Assembly (NCBI RefSeq): GCF_009914755.1
Contig: NC_060947.1
Direction: 5' to 3' (one strand)
DNA: 64,000 nucleotides
From: the human T2T-CHM13v2.0 reference genome, Homo sapiens
Positions within the stretch are counted from its first letter, which is position 1. Each line of letters opens with the position of its first letter. Below are positions 40,101-52,100 of the stretch, one piece after another. The position numbers and the translations under genes were made by a program. The notes below the pieces were generated by a model, which worked only from the letters and a program-made list of their open reading frames with translations, was not told the origin of the DNA and made no database searches.

Positions 40101-43100
40101 GTCCAAATATCCCCTTGCGGATCCCACAGAAAGAGTGTTTCGAAACTGCTGTTTCAAAAGGAATCTTCAACTCTGTGAGTTGAATGCAATCATCACAAAG
40201 AAGTTTCTGACAATGCTTCTCTCTCGTCTTTCTGTGAACATAAAGGAAAAGGCGTTCAGGCCTTTGCCACCACAGGCCTGAAAGCGCTCCAAATGTCCAC
40301 TTGCAGATTCTGCCAAAAGAATATTTCAAAACTGCTCTATGAAAAGCAATGTTAAACTCTGTGGCTCGAACACAAACGTCACAAAGCGGTCTCTGAGAAT
40401 GCTTCAGTTTAGTTTTTCTGTGGAAATATTCCCGTTTCCAAAGAAATCTTCAAAGAGGTCCACGTATCCACTTACAGATTCTACAAAAAGACAGTTTCAA
40501 AACTGCTCAATCAAAAGGAGGGTTCAACTGTGTGACTTGAATGCAATCATCACTCAGAAGTTTCTGAGAATGCTTCTCTTTAGTTTTTACGTGAACATAT
40601 ACCCGTTTCGAACGAAGGCCACCCAGTGGTCCAAATGTCCACTTGCAGATTCTACAGAAAGAGTGTTTCGAACCTGAACTCTCAAAGGCAGGTTCATCTC
40701 TGCGAGTTAAATGCATTCATCATGAAGAACTTTCTCAGCGTGTTTGTGTTTAGTTATGGGAAATTATTCCCGTTCCCAACGAAATCCTCAGAGAGGTGCA
40801 AATGTCCACCTGCAGATTCTACCAAAAGTGTATTTGGAAACTGCTCCATCAACAGGCATGTTCAGCTCTGTGAGTGAAACTCCATCATCACAAAGAATAT
40901 TCTGAGAATGCTTCCGTTTGCCTTTTATATGAAGTTCCTTCCTATACGACCGTAGGCCTCAAAGCAGTGCAAATCTCCATTTGCAGATTCTACAAAAAGA
41001 GTGATTCCAATCTGCTCTATCAATAGGATTGTTCAACTCCATGAGTTGAATGCCATCCCCACAAAGTCGTTTCTGAGAATGCTTCTATCTAGTTTTTATG
41101 TGAAGATATTTCCTTTTCCACCACAGGCCTCAAAGCCCTCCAAACGTCCACTTGCAGATTCTCGAAAAAGAGTGTTTCATAGCTGCTCTTTCAAAAGGAA
41201 AGTTCAACTCTGGGAGTTGAATACAAACATCACAAAGTAGTTTCCGAGAATGCTTCTGTTTAGTTTTTATGTGAAGATGATCCCGTTTCCAGTGAAATCT
41301 TCAAAGAGGTCCACATATCCCCTTGCAGATTCCAAAGAAAGAGGGTTTCAAAACTGCTCCATCAGAAGGATTGTTCAACTCTGTGAGTTGAATGCAGTCA
41401 TCGCAGAAAACTTTCTGAGAATGCTTCTGTCTAGGTTTGATGTGAAGATATAGACGTTTCAAATGAAGGCTACAAAGTGGTCAAAATATACACTTGCAGA
41501 TTCTACTACAAGGGTGTTGCAAACCTGAACTATCAAAGGAAGGTTCAACTCTGTGAGTTGAATACAAACATCACAAAGAATGTTCTGAGTTTGCTTCCGT
41601 TCAGTTATGGGAAGTTGATCCCGTTTCCAACGAAATCCTCAGAGAGGTCCAAATATCCCCTTGCAGATTCTACAAAACGTGTGTTTGGAAACTGCTCCAT
41701 CATAACGAATGTTCAGCTCCCTGAGTTAAACTCCATCGTCACAAAGAATTTTCTGAGAGTGCTACCGTCTGGTTTTTATATGAAGTTCTTTCCTTCACTA
41801 CCACTGGCCTCAAAGCGGTCCAAATCTCCACTTGCAGATTCTACAAAAAGAGTGTTTGCAAACTGCTCTATAAAAAGGAATGTTCAACTCTGGGAGTTGA
41901 ATGCAATCATCACAGAGCAGTTTCTGAGAATGCTTCTATGTCGTTTTTAGGAGAAGATATTTCCTTTTCCAACACAGTCCTCCAAGCCCGCTAAATAGCC
42001 ACTTGCACATTGTAGAAAAAGTGTGTCAAAGCTGCGCTATCAAAGGGAAAGTTCAACTCTGTGAGGTGAATGCAAACATCCCAAAGAAGTTTCTGAGAAT
42101 GCTTCCGTTTAGCTTTTAGGTGAAGATTATCCCGTTTCCAACGAAACCTTCAAAGAGGTCCAAATATCCCCTTGCGGATCCCACAGAAAGAGTGTTTCGA
42201 AACTGCTGTTTCAAAAGGAATCTTCAACTCTGTGAGTTGAATGCAATCATCACAAAGAAGTTTCTGACAATGCTTCTCTCTCGTCTTTCTGTGAAGATAA
42301 AGGAAAAGGCTTTCAGGCCTTTGCCACCACAGGCCTGAAAGCGCTCCAAATGTCCACTTGCAGATTCTGCCAAAAGAATATTTCAAAACTGCTCTATGAA
42401 AAGCAATGTTAAACTCTGTGGCTGGAACACAAACATCACAAAGCGGTTTCTGAGAATGTTTCAGTTTAGTTTTTCTGTGGAAATATTCCCGTTTCCAAAG
42501 AAATCTTCAAAGAGGTCCACGTATCCACTTACAGATTCTACAAAAAGACAGTTTCAAAACTGCTCCATCAAAAGGAGGGTTCAACTGTGTGACTTGAATG
42601 CAATCATCACTCAGAAGTTTCTGAGAATGCTTCTCTTTAGTTTTTACGTGAACATATACCCGTTTCGAACGAAGGCCACCCAGTGGTCCAAATATCCACT
42701 TGCAGATTCTACAGAAAGAGTGTTTCGAACCTGAACTCTCAAAGGCAGGTTCATCTCTGCGAGTTAAATGCATTCATCATGAAGAACTTTCTCAGAGTGT
42801 TTGTGTTTAGTTATGGGAAATTATTCCCGTTTCCAACGAAATCCTCAGAGAGCTGCAAATATCCACCTGCAGATTCTACCAAAAGTGTATTTGGAAACTG
42901 CTCCATCAAAAGGCATGTTCAGCTCTGTGAGTGAAACTCCATCATCACAACGAATATTCTGAGAATGCTTCCGTTTACCTTTTATATGAAGTTCCTTCCT
43001 ATACGACCGTAGGCCTCAAAGCAGTCCAAATCTCCATTTGCAGATTCTACAAAAAGAGTGATTCCAATCTGCTCTATCAATAGGATTGTTCAACTCCATG

Positions 43101-46100
43101 AGTTGAATGCCATCCTCACAAAGTAGTTTCTGAGAATGCTTCTATCTAGTTTTTATGTGAAGATATTTCCTTTTCCACCACAGGCCTCAAAGCCCTCCAA
43201 ACGTCCACTTGCAGATTCTCGAAAAAGAGTGTTTCATAGCTGCTCTTTCAAAAGGAAAGTTCAACTCTGGGAGTTGAATACAAACATCACAAAGTAGTTT
43301 CCGAGAATGCTTCTGTTTAGTTTTTATGTGAAGATGATCCCGTTTCCAGTGAAATCTTCAAAGAGGTCCACATATCCCCTTGCAGATTGCAAAGAAAGAG
43401 GGTTTCAAAACTGCTCCATCAAAAGGATTGTTCAACTCTGTGAGTTGAATGCAGTCATCGCAGAAAACTTTCTGAGAATGCTTCTGTCTAGGTTTGATGT
43501 GAAGATATAGACGTTTCAAATGAAGGCTACAAAGTGGTCAAAATATACACTTGCAGATTCTACTACAAGGGTGTTGCAAACCTGAACTATAAAAGGAAGG
43601 TTCAACTCTGTGAGTTGAATACAAACATCACAAAGAATGTTCTGAGTTTGCTTCCGTTCAGTTATGGGAAGTTGATCCCGTTTCCAACGAAATCCTCAGA
43701 GAGGTCCAAATATCCCCTTGCAGATTCTACAAAACGTGTGTTTGGAAACTGCTCCATCATAACGAATGTTCAGCTCCCTGAGTTAAACTCCATCGTCACA
43801 AAGAATTTTCTGAGAGTGCTACCGTCTGGTTTTTATATGAAGTTCTTTCCTTCACTACCACAGGCCTCAAAGCGGTCCAAATCTCCACTTGCAGATTCTA
43901 CAAAAAGAGTGTTTGCAAACTGCTCTATCAAAAGGAATGTTCAACTCTGGGAGTTGAATGCAATCATCACAGAGCAGTTTCTGAGAATGCTTCTATGTCG
44001 TTTTTAGAAGATATTTCCTTTTCCAACACAGTCCTCCAAGCCCGCTAAATAGCCACTTGCACATTGTAGAAAAAGTGTGTCAATGCTGCGCTATCAAAGG
44101 GAAAGTTCAACTCTGTGAGGTGAATGCAAACATCCCAAAGAAGTTTCTGAGAATGCTTCCGTTTAGCTTTTAGGTGAAGATTATCCCGTTTCCAACGAAA
44201 CCTTCAAAGAGGTCCAAATATCCCCTTGCGGATCCCACAGAAAGAGTGTTTCGAAACAGCTGTTTCAAAAGGAATCTTCAACTCTGTGAGTTGAATGCAA
44301 TCATCACAAAGAAGTTTCTGACAATGCTTCTCTCTCGTCTTTCTGTGAAGATAAAGGAAAAGGCTTTCAGGCCTTTGCCACCACAGGCCTGAAAGCGCTC
44401 CAAATGTCCACTTGCAGATTCTGCGAAAAGAATATTTCAAAACTGCTCTATGAAAAGCAATGTTAAACTCTGTGGCTCGAACACAAACATCACAAAGCGG
44501 TTTTTGAGAATGTTTCAGTTTAGTTTTTCTGTGGAAATATTCCCGTTTCCAAAGAAATCTTCAAAGAGGTCCACGTATCCACTTACAGATTCTACAAAAA
44601 GACAGTTTCAAAACTGCTCCATCAAAAGGAGGGTTCAACTGTGTGACTTGAATGCAATCATCACTCAGAAGTTTCTGAGAATGCTTCTCTTTAGTTTTTA
44701 CGTGAACATATACCCGTTTCGAACGAAGGCCAGCCAGTGGTCCAAATATCCACTTGCAGATTCTACAGAAATAGTGTTTCGAACATGAACTCTCAAAGGC
44801 AGGTTCATCTCTGCGAGTTGAATGCATTCATCATGAAGAACTTTCTCAGAGTGTTTGTGTTTAGTTATGGGAAATTATTCCCGTTTCCAACGAAATCCTC
44901 AGAGAGCTCCAAATATCCACCTGCAGATTCTACCAAAAGTGTATTTGGAAACTGCTCCATCAAAAGGCATGTTCAGCTCTGTGAGTGAAACTCCATCATC
45001 ACAAAGAATATTCTGAGAATGCTTCCGTTTGCCTTTTATATGAAGTTCCTTCCTGTACTACCGTAGGCCTCAAAGCAGTCCAAATCTCCATTTGCAGATT
45101 CTACAAAAAGAGTGATTCCAATCTGCTCTATCAATAGGATTGTTCAACTCCATGAGTTGAATGCCATCCTCACAAAGTAGTTTCTGAGAATGCTTCTATC
45201 TGGTTTTTGTGTGAAGATATTTCCTTTTCCACCACAGGCCTCAAAGCCCTCCAAACGTCCACTTGCAGATTCTCGAAAAAGAGTGTTTCATAGCTGCTCT
45301 TTCAAAAGGAAAGTTCAACTCTGGGAGTTGAATACAAACATCACAAAATAGTTTCCGAGAATGCTTCTGTTTAGTTCTTATGTGAAGATGATCCCGTTTC
45401 CAGTGAAATCTTCAAAGAGGTCCACATATCCCCTTGCAGATTCCAAAGAAAGAGGGTTTCAAAACTGCTCCATCAAAAGGATTGTTCAACTCTGTGAGTT
45501 GAATGCAGTCATCGCAGAAAACTTTCTGAGAATGCTTCTGTCTAGGTTTGATGTGAAGATATAGACGTTTCAAACGAAGGCTACAAAGTGGTCAAAATAT
45601 ACACTTGCAGATTCTACTACAAGGGTGTTGCAAACCTGAACTATCAAAGGAAGGTTCAACTCTGTGGGTTGAATACAAACATCACAAAGAATGTTCTGAG
45701 TTTGCTTCCGTTCAGTTATGGGAAGTTGATCCCCTTCCCAACGAAATCCTCAGAGAGGTCCAAATATCCCCTTGCAGATTCTACAAAACGTGTGTTTGGA
45801 AACTGCTCCATCATAACGAATGTTCAGCTCTCTGAGTTAAACTCCATCGTCACAAAGAATTTTCTGAGAGTGCTACCGTCTAGTTTTTATATGAAGTTCT
45901 TTCCTTTACTACCACAGGCCTCAAAGCGGTCCAAATCTCCACTTGCAGATTCTACAAAAAGAGTGTCTGCAAACTGCTCTATCAAAAGGAATGTTCAACT
46001 CTGGGAGTTGAATGCAATCATCACAGAGCAGTTTCTGAGAAGGCTTCTATGTCGTTTTTAGGAGAAGATATTTCCTTTTCCAACACAGTCCTCCAAGCCC

Positions 46101-49100
46101 GCTAAATATCCACTTGCACATTGTAGAAAAAGTGTGTCGAAGCTGCGCTATCAAAGGGAAAGTTCAACTCTGTGAGGTGAATGCAAACATCCCAAAGAAG
46201 TTTCTGAGAATGCTTCCGTTTAGCTTTTAGGTGAAGATTATCCCGTTTCCAACGAAAGCTTCAAAGAGGTCCAAATATCCCCTTGCGGATCCCACAGAAA
46301 GAGTGTTTCGAAACTGCTGTTTCAAAAGGAATCTTCAACTCTGTGAGTTGAATGCAATCATCACAAAGAAGTTTCTGACAATGCTTCTCTCTCGTCTTTC
46401 TGTGAAGATAAAGGAAAAGGCTTTCAGGTCTTTTCCACCACAGGCCTGAAAGCGCTCCAAATGTCCACTTGCAGATTCTGCCAAAAGAATATTTCAAAAC
46501 TGCTCTATGAAAAGCAATGTTAAACTCTGCGGCTCGAACACAAACATCACAAAACAGTTTCTGAGAATGCTTCAGTTTAGTTTTTCTGTGGAAATATTCC
46601 CGTTTCCAAAGAAATCTTCAAAGAGGTCCACGTATCCACTTACAGATTCTACAAAAAGACAGTTTCAAAACTGCTCAATCAAAAGGAGGGTTCAACTGTG
46701 TGACTTGAATGCAATCATCACTCAGAAGTTTCTGAGAATGCTTCTCTTTAGTTTTTACGTGAACATATACCCGTTTCGAACGAAGGCCACCCAGTGGTCC
46801 AAATATCCACTTGCAGATTCTACAGAAAGAGTGTTTCGAACCTGAACTCTCAAAGGCAGGTTCATCTCTGCGAGTTAAATGCATTCGTCATGAAGAACTT
46901 TCTCAGCGTGTTTGTGTTTAGTTATGGGAAATTATTCCCTTTCCCAAAGAAATCCTCAGAGAGGTCCAAATGTCCACCTGCAGATTCTACCAAAAGTGTA
47001 TTTGGAAACTGCTCCATCAACAGGCATGTTCAGCTCTGTGAGTGAAACTCCATCATCACAAAGAATATTCTGAGAATGCTTCCGTTTGCCTTTTATATGA
47101 AGTTCCTTCCTATACGACCGTAGGCCTCAAAGCAGTCCAAATCTCCATTTGCAGATTCTACAAAAAGAGTGATTCCAATCTGCTCTATCAATAGGATTGT
47201 TCAACTCCATGAGTTGAATGCCATCCTCACAAAGTCGTTTCTGAGAATGCTTCTATCTAGTTTTTATGTGAAGATATTTCCTTTTCCACCACAGGCCTCA
47301 AAGCCCTCCAAACGTCCACTTGCAGATTCTCGAAAAAGAGTGTTTCATAGCTGCTCTTTCAAAAGGAAAGTTCAACTCTGGGAGTTGAATACAAACATCA
47401 CAAAGTAGTTTCCGAGAATGCTTCTGTTTAGTTCTTATGTGAAGATGATCCCGTTTCCAGTGAAATCTTCAAAGAGGTCCACATATCCCCTTGCAGATTC
47501 CAAAGAAAGAGGGTTTCAAAACTGCTCCATCAAAAGGATTGTTCAACTCTGTGAGTTGAATGCAGTCATCGCAGAAAACTTTCTGAGAATGCTTCTGTCT
47601 AGGTTTGATGTGAAGTTATAGACGTTTAAAACGAAGGCTACAAAGTGGTCAAAATATACACTTACAGATTCTACTACAAGGGTGTTGCAAACCTGAACTA
47701 TCAAAGGAAGGTTCAACTCTGTGGGTTGAATACAAACATCGCAAAGAATGTTCTGAGTTTGCTTCCGTTCAGTTATGGGAAGTTGATCCCGTTTACAACG
47801 AAATCCTCAGAGAGGTCCAAATATCCCCTTGCAGATTCTTCAAAACGTGTGTTTGGAAACTGCTCCATCATAACGAATGTTCAGCTCCCTGAGTTAAACT
47901 CCATCGTCACAAAGAATTTTCTGAGAGTGCTACCGTCTAGTTTTTATATGAAGTTCTTTCCTTTACTACCACAGGCCTCAAAGCGGTCCAAATCTCCACT
48001 TGCAGATTCTACAAAAAGAGTGTCTGCAAACTGCTCTATCAAAAGGAATGTTCAACTCTGGGAATTGAATGCAATCATCACAGAGCAGTTTCTGAGAATG
48101 CTTCTATGTCGTTTTTAGGAGAAGATATTTCCTTTTCCAACACAGTCTTCCAAGCCCGCTTAATAGCCACTTGCACATTGTAGAAAAAGTGTGTCGAAGC
48201 TGCGCTATCAAAGGGAAAGTTCAACTCTGTGAGGTGAATGCAAACATCCCAAAGAAGTTTCTGAGAATGCTTCCGTTTAGCTTTTAGGTGAAGATTATCC
48301 CGTTTCCAACGAAACCTTCAAAGAGGTCCAAATATCCCCTTGCGGATCCCACAGAAAGAGTGTTTCGAAACTGCTGTTTCAAAAGGAATCTTCAACTCTG
48401 TGAGTTGAATGCAATCATCACAAAGAAGTTTCTGACAATGCTTCTCTCTCGTCTTTCTGTGAACATAAAGGAAAAGGCGTTCAGGCCTTTGCCACCACAG
48501 GCCTGAAAGCGCTCCAAATGTCCACTTGCAGATTCTGCCAAAAGAATATTTCAAAACTGCTCTATGAAAAGCAATGTTAAACTCTGTGGCTCGAACACAA
48601 ACGTCACAAAGCGGTCTCTGAGAATGCTTCAGTTTAGTTTTTCTGTGGAAATATTCCCGTTTCCAAAGAAATCTTCAAAGAGGTCCACGTATCCACTTAC
48701 AGATTCTACAAAAAGACAGTTTCAAAACTGCTCAATCAAAAGGAGGGTTCAACTGTGTGACTTGAATGCAATCATCACTCAGAAGTTTCTGAGAATGCTT
48801 CTCTTTAGTTTTTACGTGAACATATACCCGTTTCGAACGAAGGCCACCCAGTGGTCCAAATGTCCACTTGCAGATTCTACAGAAAGAGTGTTTCGAACCT
48901 GAACTCTCAAAGGCAGGTTCATCTCTGCGAGTTAAATGCATTCATCATGAAGAACTTTCTCAGCGTGTTTGTGTTTAGTTATGGGAAATTATTCCCGTTC
49001 CCAACGAAATCCTCAGAGAGGTGCAAATGTCCACCTGCAGATTCTACCAAAAGTGTATTTGGAAACTGCTCCATCAACAGGCATGTTCAGCTCTGTGAGT

Positions 49101-52100
49101 GAAACTCCATCATCACAAAGAATATTCTGAGAATGCTTCCGTTTGCCTTTTATATGAAGTTCCTTCCTATACGACCGTAGGCCTCAAAGCAGTGCAAATC
49201 TCCATTTGCAGATTCTACAAAAAGAGTGATTCCAATCTGCTCTATCAATAGGATTGTTCAACTCCATGAGTTGAATGCCATCCTCACAAAGTCGTTTCTG
49301 AGAATGCTTCTATCTAGTTTTTATGTGAAGATATTTCCTTTTCCACCACAGGCCTCAAAGCCCTCCAAACGTCCACTTGCAGATTCTCGAAAAAGAGTGT
49401 TTCATAGCTGCTCTTTCAAAAGGAAAGTTCAACTCTGGGAGTTGAATACAAACATCACAAAGTAGTTTCCGAGAATGCTTCTGTTTAGTTTTTATGTGAA
49501 GATGATCCCGTTTCCAGTGAAATCTTCAAAGAGGTCCACATATCCCCTTGCAGATTCCAAAGAAAGAGGGTTTCAAAACTGCTCCATCAATAGGATTGTT
49601 CAACTCTGTGAGTTGAATGCAGTCATCGCAGAAAACTTTCTGAGAATGCTTCTGTCTAGGTTTGATGTGAAGATATAGACGTTTCAAACGAAGGCTACAA
49701 AGTGGTCAAAATATACACTTGCAGATACTACTACAAGGGTGTTGCAAAGCTGAACTATCAAAGGAAGGTTCAACTCTGTGAGTTGAATACAAACATCACA
49801 AAGAATGTTCTGAGTTTGCTTCCGTTCAGTTATGGGAAGTTGATCCCGTTTCCAACGAAATCCTCAGAGAGGTCCAAATATCCCCTTGCAGATTCTACAA
49901 AACGTGTTTTTGGAAACTGCTCCATCATAACGAATGTTCAGCTCCCTGAGTTAAACTCCATCGTCACAAAGAATTTTCTGAGAGTGCTACCGTCTGGTTT
50001 TTATATGAAGCTCTTTCCTTCACTACCACAGGCCTCAAAGCGGTCCAAATCTCCACTTGCAGATTCTACAAAAAGAGTGTTTGCAAACTGCTCTATCAAA
50101 AGGAATGTTCAACTCTGGGAGTTGAATGCAATCATCACAGAGCAGTTTCTGAGAATGCTTCTATGTCGTTTTTAGGAGAAGATATTTCCTTTTCCAACAC
50201 AGTCCTCCAAGTCCGCTAAATAGCCACTTGCACATTGTAGAAAAAGTGTGTCAAAGCTGCGCTATCAGAGGGAAAGTTCAACTCTGAGAGGTGAAAGCAA
50301 ACATCCCTAAGAAGTTTCTGAGAGTGCTTCCGTTTAGCTTTTAGGTGAAGATTATCCCGTTTCCAACGAAACCTTCAAAGAGGTCCAAATATCCCCTTGC
50401 GGATCCCACAGAAAGAGTGTTTCGAAACTGCTGTTTCAAAAGGAATCTTCAACTCTGTGAGTTGAATGCAATCATCACAAAGAAGTTTCTGACAATGCTT
50501 CTCTCTCGTCTTTCTGTGAAGATAAAGGAAAAGGCTTTCAGGCCTTTGCCACCACAGGCCTGAAAGCGCTCCAAATGTCCACTTGCAGATTCTGCCAAAA
50601 GAATATTTCAAAACTGCTCTATGAAAAGCAATGTTAAACTCTGTGGCTGGAACACAAACATCACAAAGCGGTTTCTGAGAATGTTTCAGTTTAGTTTTTC
50701 TGTGGAAATATTCCCGTTTCCAAAGAAATCTTCAAAGAGGTCCACGTATCCACTTACAGATTCTACAAAAAGACAGTTTCAAAACTGCTCCATCAAAAGG
50801 AGGGTTCAACTGTGTGACTTGAATGCAATCATCACTCAGAAGTTTCTGAGAATGCTTCTCTTTAGTTTTTACGTGAACATATACCCGTTTCGAACGAAGG
50901 CCACCCAGTGGTCCAAATATCCACTTGCAGATTCTACAGAAAGAGTGTTTCGAACCTGAACTCTCAAAGGCAGGTTCATCTCTGCGAGTTAAATGCATTC
51001 ATCATGAAGAACTTTCTCAGAGTGTTTGTGTTTAGTTATGGGAAATTATTCCCGTTTCCAACGAAATCCTCAGAGAGCTGCAAATATCCACCTGCAGATT
51101 CTACCAAAAGTGTATTTGGAAACTGCTCCATCAAAAGGCATGTTCAGCTCTGTGAGTGAAACTCCATCATCACAACGAATATTCTGAGAATGCTTCCGTT
51201 TACCTTTTATATGAAGTTCCTTCCTATACGACCGTAGGCCTCAAAGCAGTCCAAATCTCCATTTGCAGATTCTACAAAAAGAGTGATTCCAATCTGCTCT
51301 ATCAATAGGATTGTTCAACTCCATGAGTTGAATGCCATCCTCACAAAGTAGTTTCTGAGAATGCTTCTATCTAGTTTTTATGTGAAGATATTTCCTTTTC
51401 CACCACAGGCCTCAAAGCCCTCCAAACGTCCACTTGCAGATTCTCGAAAAAGAGTGTTTCATAGCTGCTCTTTCAAAAGGAAAGTTCAACTCTGGGAGTT
51501 GAATACAAACATCACAAAGTAGTTTCCGAGAATGCTTCTGTTTAGTTTTTATGTGAAGATGATCCCGTTTCCAGTGAAATCTTCAAAGAGGTCCACATAT
51601 CCCCCTGCAGATTGCAAAGAAAGAGGGTTTCAAAACTGCTCCATCAAAAGGATTGTTCAACTCTGTGAGTTGAATGCAGTCATCGCAGAAAACTTTCTGA
51701 GAATGCTTCTGTCTAGGTTTGATGTGAAGATATAGACGTTTCAAATGAAGGCTACAAAGTGGTCAAAATATACACTTGCAGATTCTACTACAAGGGTGTT
51801 GCAAACCTGAACTATCAAAGGAAGGTTCAACTCTGTGAGTTGAATACAAACATCACAAAGAATGTTCTGAGTTTGCTTCCGTTCAGTTATGGGAAGTTGA
51901 TCCCGTTTCCAACGAAATCCTCAGAGAGGTCCAAATATCCCCTTGCAGATTCTACAAAACGTGTGTTTGGAAACTGCTCCATCATAACGAATGTTCAGCT
52001 CCCTGAGTTAAACTCCATCGTCACAAAGAATTTTCTGAGAGTGCTACCGTCTGGTTTTTATATGAAGTTCTTTCCTTCACTACCACAGGCCTCAAAGCGG

